DNA of 63,436 nt, counting the filler, from Kipferlia bialata (taxonomy: Eukaryota): NCBI GenBank assembly GCA_003568945.1. It is 5 parts of 5 records of this genome, joined end to end, with 100 filler letters (N's around TTAATTAATTAA, not from the genome) between each part and the next. Parts side by side here need not be neighbours in the genome. Positions count along the whole stretch, not along the records: positions 23,349 to 38,612 come from BDIP01000721.1; 4 more parts are not named here. One strand, given 5' to 3'. The position numbers and the translations under genes were made by a program. Below, piece after piece: positions 25,045 to 37,323 of the stretch. The notes below the pieces were generated by a model. It saw nothing but the letters and a program-made list of their open reading frames with translations. It was not told the origin of the DNA and did no database searches. Each line of letters starts with the position of its first letter. Position 1 is the stretch's first letter.

Positions 25045-26988
25045 TTACCCGAGCCTGAACACATATCTCAGGGCAACAGCTGATTGGTCTCTGAACATCA
25101 CGACAGTCGAGCCCTTCCCCTTCCCCTTTCCCTTGTGCTTGACGGGCAGGGCCTGGGACATGTCTGCATAGTACATCAGCACCACTGGGGCACCCCTACG
25201 CCTTGCCCCCTTGCCGTGCCTCTGGGGGTGCACTGTACTGAACTGCAGACCCTGTGCAGAGTCACTGGCGAGGGTGCGGTACTCCACGGTGGCACCCCCA
25301 CTGGCAAGGACAGAGGGCAGGTCGGCCTCGGCCACCTCAGACCACACCGGGGTCAGGCGCTGCATCCCATCGATCTCCCCGTCTCTCTCTCTCTTTCCTT
25401 CCATCCTTGCCTCCATCCTGGTCAGCAGAGTGTGGAACCTGGGGTGGTCGAGGGTCCTGGCATCCACGTTGATGCCCTTACCTCTGTGGAAGGCAAGGAA
25501 CCGTGAGAACACCGCAGAGATAGACTGCTGATGGTAGTTGGTACAATATAGGAAGACGAAGATGAGATAGACATGATACACTGCCTACCTCTGGTCTCAG
25601 GGGCGTGACCGTGTACTGTCTTCTCATCACGGCCTGGTACTCCTCCCTGGTCAGACACTCTCCCGCAGCGTCCCCCACCCCAGCCAGGCCCTGCATCTGA
25701 TGTCTCTCCTGCCTCCGCAGGGCATCAAGGGTGCTCTGCCTCAGTTTGGCCTCTCTCTTCGCCTTCTGGACCTCCTCTCTCTCCCTCTCCGCCTCCTGCC
25801 TTCTGAGAACGGCCTGTCTCTGCACCTCAGCCCTCCGCTGAACCCTCTGGGCCTCAGTCACGGTCTCCTGGACCTGCGGTAGGTACAGAATCCTATCTAC
25901 AGAATACTCTAGAGACAACCTTCCCCTCACCTTGACCTGGTCTCCCCCCGGCCATGCAGACTCGGTACTCCCGTCCATGTCGGCTGTCACCGCATTCCCC
26001 TCCGTCAGCGCGTGGCCCCTGCCGCCCAGGGTAAGACCGCACTCTGGACAATTAGCCTGCTCCGTGGCTCCCCCGCAGTCTCCGATGAAGTATATGAACC
26101 CACACTCGTGCTTGTAGTAGTGCCCAGCCACCCCTCCCATCGCCTTGTTGATCTCCTGCTTCTCCCTCTGAGTTAGCACAGTCACCTCACCATCCTCAAC
26201 GGTGGTTACAGTCGCTTCACGCTCACGCTTCCTCATCTCACGAATAGCACGCTTGATTTCGTTGTTGCGCCCAACCACCTCTGGAGTGTGAGAATTACAG
26301 AACTCACCTGATCGAAGCTATCGATATAGAATATCATACATATTATGAATCATATATACTATATATGAATCCACCCACCCTTGATGACCCTCTGGTACCT
26401 GGGGGCATTGCCCAGGTTGAGAACAGTCCTGCAGTAAGACTAGGCATATCCCAATGCACTGACAACCCTAGTGATATACATACCTGCAGTCTGGCCCAGG
26501 ACAAGTGACTAACACGTTCATCTCCCCTGACGCCTTGATGTCCTCCTCCCTCACCCTTATGGCCTGATCCAGCTCCTCCACCATAAACACATGCCCACAG
26601 GAGGGTATGGTGTACAGGGGGAAGTCAGGGTTCTCAGCGATATCCTGCAGCAGGGGGTCTCCAGACACAAGGCCTATCTGACCCTGGAGGGTAGCCAAGG
26701 GGGGGGGGGGAGGTCAGAGCACACAATGCCTATTATCAGTCGCACCCACCTTGTATGCCGCCTTGTTGTGTATGGGACAGGGCGGGCAGGGCTCTCCACA
26801 CAGACCAAGGCACCTTGGTGGTAAGAATTGACTAGGGGTAGACAGTGATGAAAATATAGTGTGATCATATACCTGCAGCCACATCCGGGAATGTTCCTGC
26901 CGCAACGTCTGTCACACGGTGCCCTATCACACTTCTCGTGACATGCCTTGGTGCACTCAGCGTGGGGACACGAGAGAGCACAAGGGGC
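25045..26988 (-). CDS. ZNFX1: ZNFX1-like protein, C-terminal part: NF-X1-type Zn fingers, RING-like segment, RZ finger, coiled coil and degenerate PARP-like domain
   Basis: CPHAECTKACHEKCDRAPCDRRC...CLGLCGEPCPPC; SCGHVFMVEELD...TCPGPDCRT...RYQRVIK; EKQEINKAMGGVAGHYYKHECGFIYFIGDCGGATEQANCPECGLTLGGRGH. The helicase part is not visible (gap at 27045). Confidence 0.8.
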
Positions 26989-27044
26989 CTGGATTCAGAG
27001 GGGGGGGGGGGGGGGGGGGGAGAAAAAAAAAAAAAGGGGGGGTG

Positions 27045-28037
27045 NNNNNNNNNNNNNNNNNNNNNNNNNNNNNNNNNNNNNNNNNNNNNNNNNNNNNNNN
27101 NNNNNNNNNNNNNNNNNNNNNNNNNNNNNNNNNNNNNNNNNNNNNNNNNNNNNNNNNNNNNNNNNNNNNNNNNNNNNNNNNNNNNNNNNNNNNNNNNNNN
27201 NNNNNNNNNNNNNNNNNNNNNNNNNNNNNNNNNNNNNNNNNNNNNNNNNNNNNNNNNNNNNNNNNNNNNNNNNNNNNNNNNNNNNNNNNNNNNNNNNNNN
27301 NNNNNNNNNNNNNNNNNNNNNNNNNNNNNNNNNNNNNNNNNNNNNNNNNNNNNNNNNNNNNNNNNNNNNNNNNNNNNNNNNNNNNNNNNNNNNNNNNNNN
27401 NNNNNNNNNNNNNNNNNNNNNNNNNNNNNNNNNNNNNNNNNNNNNNNNNNNNNNNNNNNNNNNNNNNNNNNNNNNNNNNNNNNNNNNNNNNNNNNNNNNN
27501 NNNNNNNNNNNNNNNNNNNNNNNNNNNNNNNNNNNNNNNNNNNNNNNNNNNNNNNNNNNNNNNNNNNNNNNNNNNNNNNNNNNNNNNNNNNNNNNNNNNN
27601 NNNNNNNNNNNNNNNNNNNNNNNNNNNNNNNNNNNNNNNNNNNNNNNNNNNNNNNNNNNNNNNNNNNNNNNNNNNNNNNNNNNNNNNNNNNNNNNNNNNN
27701 NNNNNNNNNNNNNNNNNNNNNNNNNNNNNNNNNNNNNNNNNNNNNNNNNNNNNNNNNNNNNNNNNNNNNNNNNNNNNNNNNNNNNNNNNNNNNNNNNNNN
27801 NNNNNNNNNNNNNNNNNNNNNNNNNNNNNNNNNNNNNNNNNNNNNNNNNNNNNNNNNNNNNNNNNNNNNNNNNNNNNNNNNNNNNNNNNNNNNNNNNNNN
27901 NNNNNNNNNNNNNNNNNNNNNNNNNNNNNNNNNNNNNNNNNNNNNNNNNNNNNNNNNNNNNNNNNNNNNNNNNNNNNNNNNNNNNNNNNNNNNNNNNNNN
28001 NNNNNNNNNNNNNNNNNNNNNNNNNNNNNNNNNNNNA
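27045..28037. other. Scaffold gap (N run)
   Basis: N run between the 5' ends of two divergently oriented truncated genes. Confidence 0.98.
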
Positions 28038-28137
28038 GATGTCTGATCACTGTCCAGTCACGCCCCCCCCCCCCCCCCAATCCTTCTTTGGTTCTTCTGA
28101 TAGTATGCTTTGTGGTGTCTCTCTTCTCTTACCCCAG

Positions 28138-28641
28138 GGGACACTCTGGTTATCTACAACCACACCTCCTCACTCCCTGTACCTCCCGTCAGACAGCTCA
28201 CACTCGCATATGTCAAGGTGTGTATCCATACTACATACTGTTCTGGGGGTAAGCTATGGGAACCGCTCGTTTGTCGTTCATCCGCGCAATTGCCTATCGT
28301 TCCAATGTTACAAACACTCTCTCCTTAGCTTAGCTTGTACACACCTAGTATGAATGGTAGGAGACTGTCCTTGGCCACCCTTGTTCACTCTCTCGCTCTC
28401 TCTCGATTGATAGATATACCTGACTCTAACTTTGTCACATCTCTCTCTCTCCCTCTCCCTCTTTCCCCTAGGCACCCTTACTCCGTGGCAGAGCCGGGGT
28501 GTCCTCGGACCCATGGGCCTGGCACGGCAGGTATCTATCTATGCATCCCCCCCCCCCCCCTTTCCCAACTCTTATTATTACTCTCATTCTCACTCTCTTT
28601 CTTTGTGCATGTGCGGCTTATACTCAGACTAGCTGCCCAGA

Positions 28642-28680
<39 letters not shown>

Positions 28681-31600
28681 TTACCCCCAGGGACTATCTG
28701 CGCAGACTGTGTGTGGGCAGAAGAGTCGTGTACACACATCTCTTCAGTGTGGACAGCATAGGGAGGTAAGGATACATGTATGTGAATACCCTCAACCTCT
28801 ATTAGTGAAGATGCATACAAGTATATCCCCTAGTACATATCTCCTACCTATCCCCCTCACCGCCTTCATATATATATATATATATCCCTACACCTACCTC
28901 ACCCCCTAGGGACTATGCCAAGGTGGAGCTCCAGCGGCAACACAAGGTACGTGCATACATTGTATACATATATCTATATTACATATACTATGCATACCTC
29001 TCTCTCACCCCCCAGCCCCCCCTGTGTGTGGCCGAGGCCTTGCTGCGGAGTGGATACGCTAGACTCAGGTATGGGTATAACACCAGTGAGTTCATCATAC
29101 ACCAGTGTTCACAATGGATCACATACCAAGTGTACAAAGTGTCTATGTTATACTCTGTATAGTATGTGTCTCTCACCCCCAGGGGCCTGTACCCCGAGGA
29201 TCCTTTTCATATTGCTCTTGTATAGTTATACTATATATGTACGTGTTAGTGTTGGATAGCGTATCTCTCACCCCCAGGGGCCTGTACCCCGAGGAGCCCC
29301 GCACTGCATTCTACCAGAGACTGGAGGCAGCAGAGGCGGTACGTGTGTGCATGTGTAGAAGGAGATTGTCTATATGGCAATGGATTAGCTAATCCAGTAT
29401 ATGTACTATACTATGGATCAAACTGTACATAACCCCCAGGCCGCCAAGGCATCTGGCAAGGGCGTCTGGACACCTGCTACCCGGGCAGGGCACCATCCAG
29501 GTATGGTGTATATAGAGAAGAGTCCATCACAGAATGCCCCCACCCTCAGGTGCCCACCCCGTGTCAGCTGGTCCCAAGGACACAGGTCCCTTGCTGTCTA
29601 AGCTAACTGCACGGGGGGCAGTGCCTGCAGTGGTGGAGTCAGGTGGGTGTATATGAATACCTTATACTATAAAATACATAGTTATATGTGTGTGTGTATG
29701 TGTGATACACTGTCTGATTTGGCAGCCTGCAGTGGTGGAGTCAGGTTCTGATACTACTCTCTCACTCTCTATTTCTCTACTACTCTCTCTCTCTCTCCTG
29801 CTCTCTCCCTACCCTCCCCTCACTTCAGTCCGTGATGGTTCCTACATGTACATCACACTGTACCCAGATGGCACACCAGGTGCTCACACACACAAGGGGG
29901 CGGAGAGAGAGAGAGAGACTAAGAGGGGTATCAGGGTGCCTTTTGTTCTTGCTGGAGTAAGGTAATGAGTCGATTGCATATGTATGTATATATCTCGCGG
30001 TTCTCTGTCTATATGTATATTCCTATATATTTACATATCTCGCGGTTCTCTGTCCCTGCTAACTCGCAGGTGTCCGAGATGGACAGGCAAGGCTGAGGAG
30101 GGCCCTAGAGAGGCTGAGGCCTATGCAGAAGCAGCCAAGTGGTTTGTGGTACGTGCTATCTCTCTTCCCCTCTATTGCTTCACTCTCTTTCGCCTTCTCT
30201 CTTCGATGATGTCTCTCTCTCTCTCTATCTCTCTCTCATGATAGGAGTCCCGTATACTCCAGCGTGATGTGTCTGTCTCTGTATGCGGGGTAGATGCAGG
30301 TGGTGTGCTTGTGGGCCAGATTGCATCGAGTGCAGGCAGAGACATAGCAGAGCACATACTTAGGTAACTACACTTCCTGTAAGGATATATCGTATCGTGT
30401 AAGAACTGTAAGCTCACCCCTAAGGGCCGGTCTTGGTCTCTATGTCCCCTGGAGTGGGTCTCTGTTGCCAGATAGTGGAGAGACGCTGAGGGGGGCACTA
30501 GCAGAGGCGCAGGCCAAGGGGGAGATGGTGGGTGTTCAAGTGGATACAGTAGTTTGTACTCTACACCTGCTACCATCTCTCCCTCTCTCTCTCTCAGTAT
30601 TTACCCCAGCTCCACTCAGACTCCATCTGCCGCCCCTCCTACGATGCCCTCTCTCTCTGTGTGTCTCTCATGTATATATATATACACATATTCATATTCG
30701 ATATCTCATAGCAGTTGCATTCAGACTCCATCTGCCGCCCGTCCTACGATGCCCTAGTGACTGAGATTGTCAACACAGGGGTGCTGTTTGTAAGGCCCAT
30801 GCCCCAGACAGAGGGCGAGACGGACACCGAAGGGGAAGTAGAGGGGGATACTCCTGCTCTTAGAGAGGCTGAGGCTGATGGTTGTGGTGGTGTGGCTCTC
30901 CCTCTACCCCTACCCCCCACTCTATGTGCAGACAGGGTGGGTGGAGAAGGGTCTAGGGAGATCAGAGTGGCACTGCAGCATGTGACACCGAGGTATGTAG
31001 TTGTGTACTAGGCCATATGTTCACACTAGCAATACTAGTCATCTAGCACTGTAATCTATTACCCCGACTCACCCCCCAGGAAGTTGGGCAGGAGGCAGCA
31101 CCTCGACAAGAGTGAGCCAGGTCAGTCGCTTCTGTCTCGCCCTCTCTCTCTATGTATCCACTCCTCTCTCTTTCTCTCTTATACATCTTATGCAAAGGTG
31201 CTGTCCCTGGCCTTGTAGCCATGTCCCGTCTCATCATGGGCAGAGTGGTTAGGGTCCACAACGCTGAGGTATACAGGGATCGGATTGTATGTATGTATGT
31301 ATGTATATTGTCATCGTTGGCCGGATGCATAAGGCAGAGGTATAGAGATAGTCTCATTTATTTGTATTATATGTCTATTACCCTTTCACGTAGCGTGTTA
31401 TAGATCGGTACCTACCGGGTATATGCACATGTATATTCATAAGTACTATGTGTGATACCCACCCCAGGCCCAGACTGGCACCTCTGTGTGTGCCTCTGTC
31501 CATACCCCAGATGGGTCAGACCTCGCTGCAGTGCTGGCAGGAAGAGGTTACGTGAGGTATGTCGTTAGTATGATCCCCATTCACTTCTTGTAAGATAACC

Positions 31601-33522
31601 ATGCAAGTGTACTCACCCAGGTGTAACAAGGATGCCCCTCAGCACATCCTGGCCAAGGCAAGGTGGGAAGCTATATATACAAAGTATAGTATATGCTGTA
31701 TAATATGGGCTAAGGCTAGAAGGGTGGAGTGTGACTGTGTGCTATACTCTCTCTCTCTCTCTTTCTTTTGCCATCACCCTCTATTTACATATTATTATAT
31801 ATATATATACCCCTACCCCCAGGACTGTCGAGTGGCCCCAGCCCGGGATCACCAACCTGGCAGTGCACCCCAGTGTAGACACAGCCAAGCAGCTAGTTGA
31901 GAGGTACAGGGGGAGGGAGGTCGAGGGAGTGGTGGTGCAGGTACGGCAAGTATACTGTAATTCTTTATTGTTCACATGCTATGATTAAGCTTCAATTATT
32001 GTGTCATTGAATGAATTTGTGTTACTAATCCAACGCTCTCTTTATTTCTCTCTTTCTATATATATACCTCACCCCCTAGGTTGTGAGTGGTCACCGCCTG
32101 AGGTTCTACTGTCTGGATACCAAGACAGTGGTGTCTCTGTCGCTGGCTGGGGTCATGACTCCCAATACACGGTATGTACCTATGAGTATCTTCCCTGCAA
32201 TGTGTATGCGTCATCATGTCTCTCTTTCCGTATGGGGGACTGTGTCTGTGTCTCTCTCTCTCTCTGACCCCCTAGTGACAACGACCCCCTCTCTGCCCAG
32301 TCCATGGAGTATAGCAGAGGCCTGGTGCTGCAGCAGGTATAATATGGTTATATATACTGCATATAGATACAGCATGTATGTGTGTGAGTATACTTTGTCT
32401 CTAACCCAGGTCTGCAAGGCCAGGTTCCATTCCTTCGACAGGGGTGGAGGTGTTCTGGCATCCCTCTCCTTCACCCCCACACGGCCTGTCCACCTTCCAT
32501 CCCCCTCTCCTTCTACCACCTCCTCCAACACCCCCTTCTCCCCGGACACCTCCCTTGACCTTGGAAGGTGCCTCCTAGCAGTAGGCCTAGCCTCCCTTGT
32601 GTCCCATAGAGTGCCTGAGGGTATGGGAGGGGTGTATGTTCAGGCAGCACAGAGGGCTGCCCAGCTGAGGGTCGGCATCCACTCCCTCTCTGCCATCATA
32701 CCCTCTCTCCTGCACCTGTGCCTGGGATGTGGTACCACACCTGTCTCTATCAGGGGTAAGGTGCGTGTGGAGACACCGCCCAAGGGGTCCAAGGCTGACG
32801 GGTGTGTGTTTGTGTTGGAGAGAGAGATGGATGAGGAGGAGAGTGTGAGGCAGGAGAGTATGCTTGAGAGCGATGCCTTAGTTGGTAGCTATAGCACTCC
32901 CCCTGAGCCTTTGAGGGAGAGAGAGTTTGTGTGCTTGAGAGAGAGGGTTGGCGAGGGTGAGGGGACACGAGACAGATTGGTACGTGGTATTGTCACAAGG
33001 GTTGGGAAGGTGCCAGGAGATACTAGTACAGACAGTGCAAACAGTGCAGAATCGACCCCTCCCAGCCACGTATCTGTGTTGTCACTGTACAGTGGTCATG
33101 TCCACTCCATTCCACCCTCCTATCTCTACCGATGCCCCCCGTTATGCTACTTCCGACACCCCCCTAGGGCTGTTAGATGCACCCTGGCTGGGGTCAGTGT
33201 CACCGACCCTGAGGTGCTGGACAGGCTGTTCAAGGGGGTGGGGGAGGACATGACCTTTAGCGCATTGCTATGCGGGGTGGAGGGAGGTAACCCATCCCTC
33301 AACACCTCTGCAGTGCTGTATGATACACCGACTGTATCAGCCAGGGGGAACACCCCCGAGACTGGTGTGTGTGAAGCAATTGACACGCTGCTTGAGTATG
33401 TACCCACCAGCTACAATGCCTATCTGCTCTCCCGTGGGTATGCATCCCTAGACCCATCTGCTAGTGAGGCACTACCCAAGAGGGTCAGGAAGGGGTTGGA
33501 GGGGATGGGGCACAAGCTGTAG
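28138..33522 (+). CDS. SND1: Tudor-SN (staphylococcal nuclease domain-containing protein), first exon lost in gap
   Basis: SN1: GDTLVI...RQLTLAYVKAPLL...DPWAWHGRDYLRRLCVGRRV...VAEALLRSGYARLR...LEAAEAAAKASGKGVW. SN2: VESVRDGS...FVLAGVRCPR...AEAAKWFVESRILQRDVSV. SN3 and SN4 (VEGVVVQVVSGHRLRFY...SLSLAGVMTP) follow, then a Tudor/SN5-like region in the long last exon 32411-33522. Confidence 0.9.
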
Positions 33523-33827
33523 TATCCGTGTTCATTTCTATTAGTGTTGCATCTCGACTTTGATTAGTATTACCAAATAGACAGCTACCTGCATGGTCCA
33601 GCCTTAAACGGTATACATCGTTTGTCTGTCTCCTTTAGGTAATGATAACCAAAATTATTGGTAGTTATTGTAAATGCTACCTTAGCCTGGTCTGTTCTCT
33701 CCTGACTATGCCCTGCAGACAAGACAATAGATTATTGATTGCATATGAAGTATACACATATTTATATCATAGAAAGTCTACTGAATCCCAGTATCTTCTA
33801 TCCAAATCAGTCACAACCTGAGTCTGT

Positions 33828-35327
33828 TCAGTTGACTGTGTTGTAACGTGTCAAGAATGATCCCACCTGCCCTCTCTCCTCCCACGTCGTGTAGTCAGGG
33901 CTGCTGTACAGTTCCTCCATCTGATCACGAGGCAACTCATTCAGCAGCGTCCACCCGCGGTCCAGGTACTTTCGCACCACTCTGCTGTGAAGGGCACCCC
34001 TGTTGTCCCTGTGCTTGAAGTCCAGGTAGCACACAAACTGCTTGGCTCTGATGTGTTCTAGACAGGTAGCAAGAGGCACCAGGTCACCCCTGCCCTCTAC
34101 CTTCCTGTGCATTCCAGCAGTGCTCACTGCTACATTACCAGCAGAGGAGTCAACGTGGGGAGGAGGGGTGCGAAGGTGGGGGTCAACCAGCTCCACGTTG
34201 ATGTACCCTCCTCTGGATGTATAGAAGGAGACACGATAGCTGTTTGGCTGGTGGCGAGATCCACAAAACTCAAGACCAATTCCATGGGCACATTCTACGA
34301 GAGACCTGACAACACTGTCTCTACCCCGTTCACTGAGACCGGGGACTCTTGGTAGTAGAGCATCGAGGTCATTGGCCCTCTCTCCCCTTATCACCCAGTC
34401 TCTGACAAACCCACCGTACACTGTACACCGACACTGCCATATGAGGTGGTGGGCGAGGCACACCATAGCACCACTCCTATCCTCACCAAGAGAGGGAGGT
34501 GAGGTGCTCCTCAACAGCTGGTTGGTGCGAGACTCTTCGCCTTGAAGCGGTGACTGGATAGGATGGCACGTGTTGCTGTAGCGCAGTGGTGGCTCTGGGG
34601 AGGATATTGGAGTGCAGTCCGGTTGAAACTCTATGACAGCCAAGCACTGAACATCGCAGGGTCTGTCATACACGCAGACACCCTTAGTCGGCTTCTTAAC
34701 GAGGCTTGGCACGTCAAGACCCCTCAGCACCGTCAGAAAACCAGCGTATCTCATTGCTGTCCTAACATCGGTAGTCGCGTAGATGCCCTGCCCTCTCACC
34801 ACCAGTTCCCTGTCAAACCCATGTAGTGCTATCTCTCTCCCCCTCCACTCCTCTGGTGTGCCGTGATAGAGTGGGTATACCTGAGGTGCATAGTCGCGAC
34901 GAGGTCTTGGACTGACTCGCCCTCGGTTTGTAAACCGGTCGCGTGTTTGTATTCTCTTGACCCGTCTCCTCAGATCACTTGGGAGACCAGAGACCAAGTG
35001 CTTGTAGAGAGGGGTGCCGGGTCGGATGGTAAGGAGTGGCAGAGTGGGGCTCCTGGGAGCAGGCGCTAGGGTATCATCGTCCCAATTCATCTCATAGGCG
35101 CGGCGGATTCTGCCAGCAAGTCTCTCATCAGGTTTCGGTTCCTCCCACATTCCGTCCCCCTGTGTGTGAGTAGTGACAGGAATGGCTTTGTCTAGGGATA
35201 GATGGGATAGTCGGTACTGTACTTTTGTTAGACTAGAGTGTACCCTTGGTGGAGGCGCAGGGTACTGTATAGGCTGATTCAGACTGTACAACACATCACG
35301 GAGGGTTGTAACCGGACTCTCAGGCAT
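33828..35327 (-). CDS. Intronless 499-aa fusion: PARP-like ADP-ribosyltransferase domain + class II (CCA/poly(A) polymerase-like) nucleotidyltransferase
   Basis: Single ORF. ART motifs LYHGT...IALHGF...GQGIYATTD...AMRYA. NTase motifs TVYGGFVRDWVIRGERANDLD, INVELVD, HVDSSAGNV and RVVRKYLDRGW. Confidence 0.85.
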   Translation of the reverse strand: MPESPVTTLRDVLYSLNQPIQYPAPPPRVHSSLTKVQYRLSHLSLDKAIPVTTHTQGDGMWEEPKPDERLAGRIRRAYEMNWDDDTLAPAPRSPTLPLLTIRPGTPLYKHLVSGLPSDLRRRVKRIQTRDRFTNRGRVSPRPRRDYAPQVYPLYHGTPEEWRGREIALHGFDRELVVRGQGIYATTDVRTAMRYAGFLTVLRGLDVPSLVKKPTKGVCVYDRPCDVQCLAVIEFQPDCTPISSPEPPLRYSNTCHPIQSPLQGEESRTNQLLRSTSPPSLGEDRSGAMVCLAHHLIWQCRCTVYGGFVRDWVIRGERANDLDALLPRVPGLSERGRDSVVRSLVECAHGIGLEFCGSRHQPNSYRVSFYTSRGGYINVELVDPHLRTPPPHVDSSAGNVAVSTAGMHRKVEGRGDLVPLATCLEHIRAKQFVCYLDFKHRDNRGALHSRVVRKYLDRGWTLLNELPRDQMEELYSSPDYTTWEERGQVGSFLTRYNTVN

Positions 35328-35714
35328 ATGTATGTGTTTTAGACTCTGTTGGTAGTGTGGTGTGATATGGTTTGTGTGTTAGAGAGTTCTACCTGACAGT
35401 GCTACGAGGTATGGGAAAACGTGTAGGACAAGAGGCTATCTATTTAGGTCTACACCTAAATACAGCATACACGTAGACCATCACTCAAGTGATATAGGTC
35501 AGATGAACATAACACCGGTCCGTTCTCCAATAGACAATGGCAGTGTTGGTCATAATGTCAATTTTGTTTGTCATCCATATTATACTTCCTCTGGGCTGGG
35601 GTCAAGGTAACTCATCTGAGATGACTGAATCGGATGTTTTTGTTCGAAAAGGGTTCTCCTTACTTGAGCAAGATATGCAGTAGTATCTCTGTCTCTCCTT
35701 TAGAGCATATATAT

Positions 35715-36990
35715 ATGCCCAACTACGGTGGATTCCTGGTCATCGGGTGGGAGGCATCAGAGGAGAAGGTACCACATACTGCCACAAGAACATATCGCCA
35801 TTAGAGAGACTAATGGAGTTCATGGCTCTGGTACATGTCTTTATACATATCTTTATACATGTCTCTCCTGTCCTAACCCCCCCCCCTCTCCCTAGTCTCT
35901 ACTACCAGGTCAACCAATGACAATCTTATGCTATCTTCCTCTCAATCTCTCTCTCTACTACCAGGTCAACCAATGCTGCTTCAGCTGCATCTCCCTCTCC
36001 CTCTCCCTAGTATCTACTATCAGGTCAACCAATGTCTCTAATAGCCTTATAGTATCTAATAGCAGGTCAACCAATGGCTGCAGCAGGAGGAGATCAGCTA
36101 CTTACACGATGCAGAGTGGGAGGACCTCTGGGCCTCTAAGGAGGTACCTGAGGGAGTGTATGTGGTGAAGTCTGGCGAGGGAGACTACCCCTACTACTGG
36201 GTGTCGATACTGCCCCATGAGAGGCACGACGAGCACGAGCACTACGACACTGATAAGGTGTGTAGGATAGTTTGTGTACAGTTATCAGTTGGTACTACTA
36301 CTATGTACGAGAGATGCTATCCTGACTAGGACACTCAGGTATCACTCCCCCCCCCCCCCGCGTTTCACTAGGTTGATGCATATGTATGACATTCTTAACA
36401 TGGTATGTTGCACATAGTCAATTTAAGTAACATGCACTAACTGATTGAGTAACGGGAGCTGTCTATTCTAGTATGGGACCTTCTTGACACTGATAGTAGA
36501 AAGCAGCCATGAAGATATATATTCGTATCTGCCCTCCTCTCAGATGCCACACAGACCATGGCCATATACATATACATACATAGCCATGCATATAAATACT
36601 CTGACATCAGGTCTCTGCCCTCCTTGTCATCTCTCTCTCTCACACACACACACTATCTCTCACTCCTATTGATGTCAGGTCTCTGCCCTCCTCTCAGACG
36701 ATGCCCTGCAGACCAGGGCCACAGACATATATATATATATACAGAGATATGAATATATACACACTCTGACCTCAGATCTCTGCCCTCCTTGCAGACGATG
36801 CCCTGCAGACCAGGGCCACAGACATATATATACATACAGAGATATGCATATATACACACTCTGACAGTAGGTCTCTGCTCTCCTCTCAGACGATGCCCTG
36901 ATCACAAGGGCCCAGGAGTTTGCTCTTAAGATGGGGGCCAGGCCTGGGGTGGCCATGCAGCTACACTCAGTGTCGTTCATGTCATACTGA
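35715..36990 (+). CDS. Small hypothetical protein (~130 aa), about 4 exons
   Basis: MPNYGGFLVIGWEASEEK / RLMEFMAL / VNQWLQQEEISYLHDAEWEDLWASKEVPEGVYVVKSGEGDYPYYWVSILPHERHDEHEHYDTDK / VSALLSDDALITRAQEFALKMGARPGVAMQLHSVSFMSY*; exon starts are marked by echo stacks. Confidence 0.7.
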
Positions 36991-37323
36991 GCATCTCGCT
37001 CATCCCTATGGTAGGAGACGCAGAGTGAATAGAGCATTATCGTGAAATTAATGTCATACTAAGTACCAACCATTAAGACCCATCCACATAGAAGACGTAG
37101 ACACACACTAAGTATCTCGCCCAGACACCCCTTCAGTTGGAAACACAGAGATACAGTGAATAGAACATAGCAAGTCTGTCAATGTGGAGATTGGGACTGG
37201 TGTGAAGTGTGTGTACCGCAGCATATAGTATTTGAATATATATATACCTGAAGGGTACCCACAATACAGGTAGCTGAATGACTGAGGTATCACAATCTGT
37301 ATCCTCAGTGGCCGGTGTGTTGT

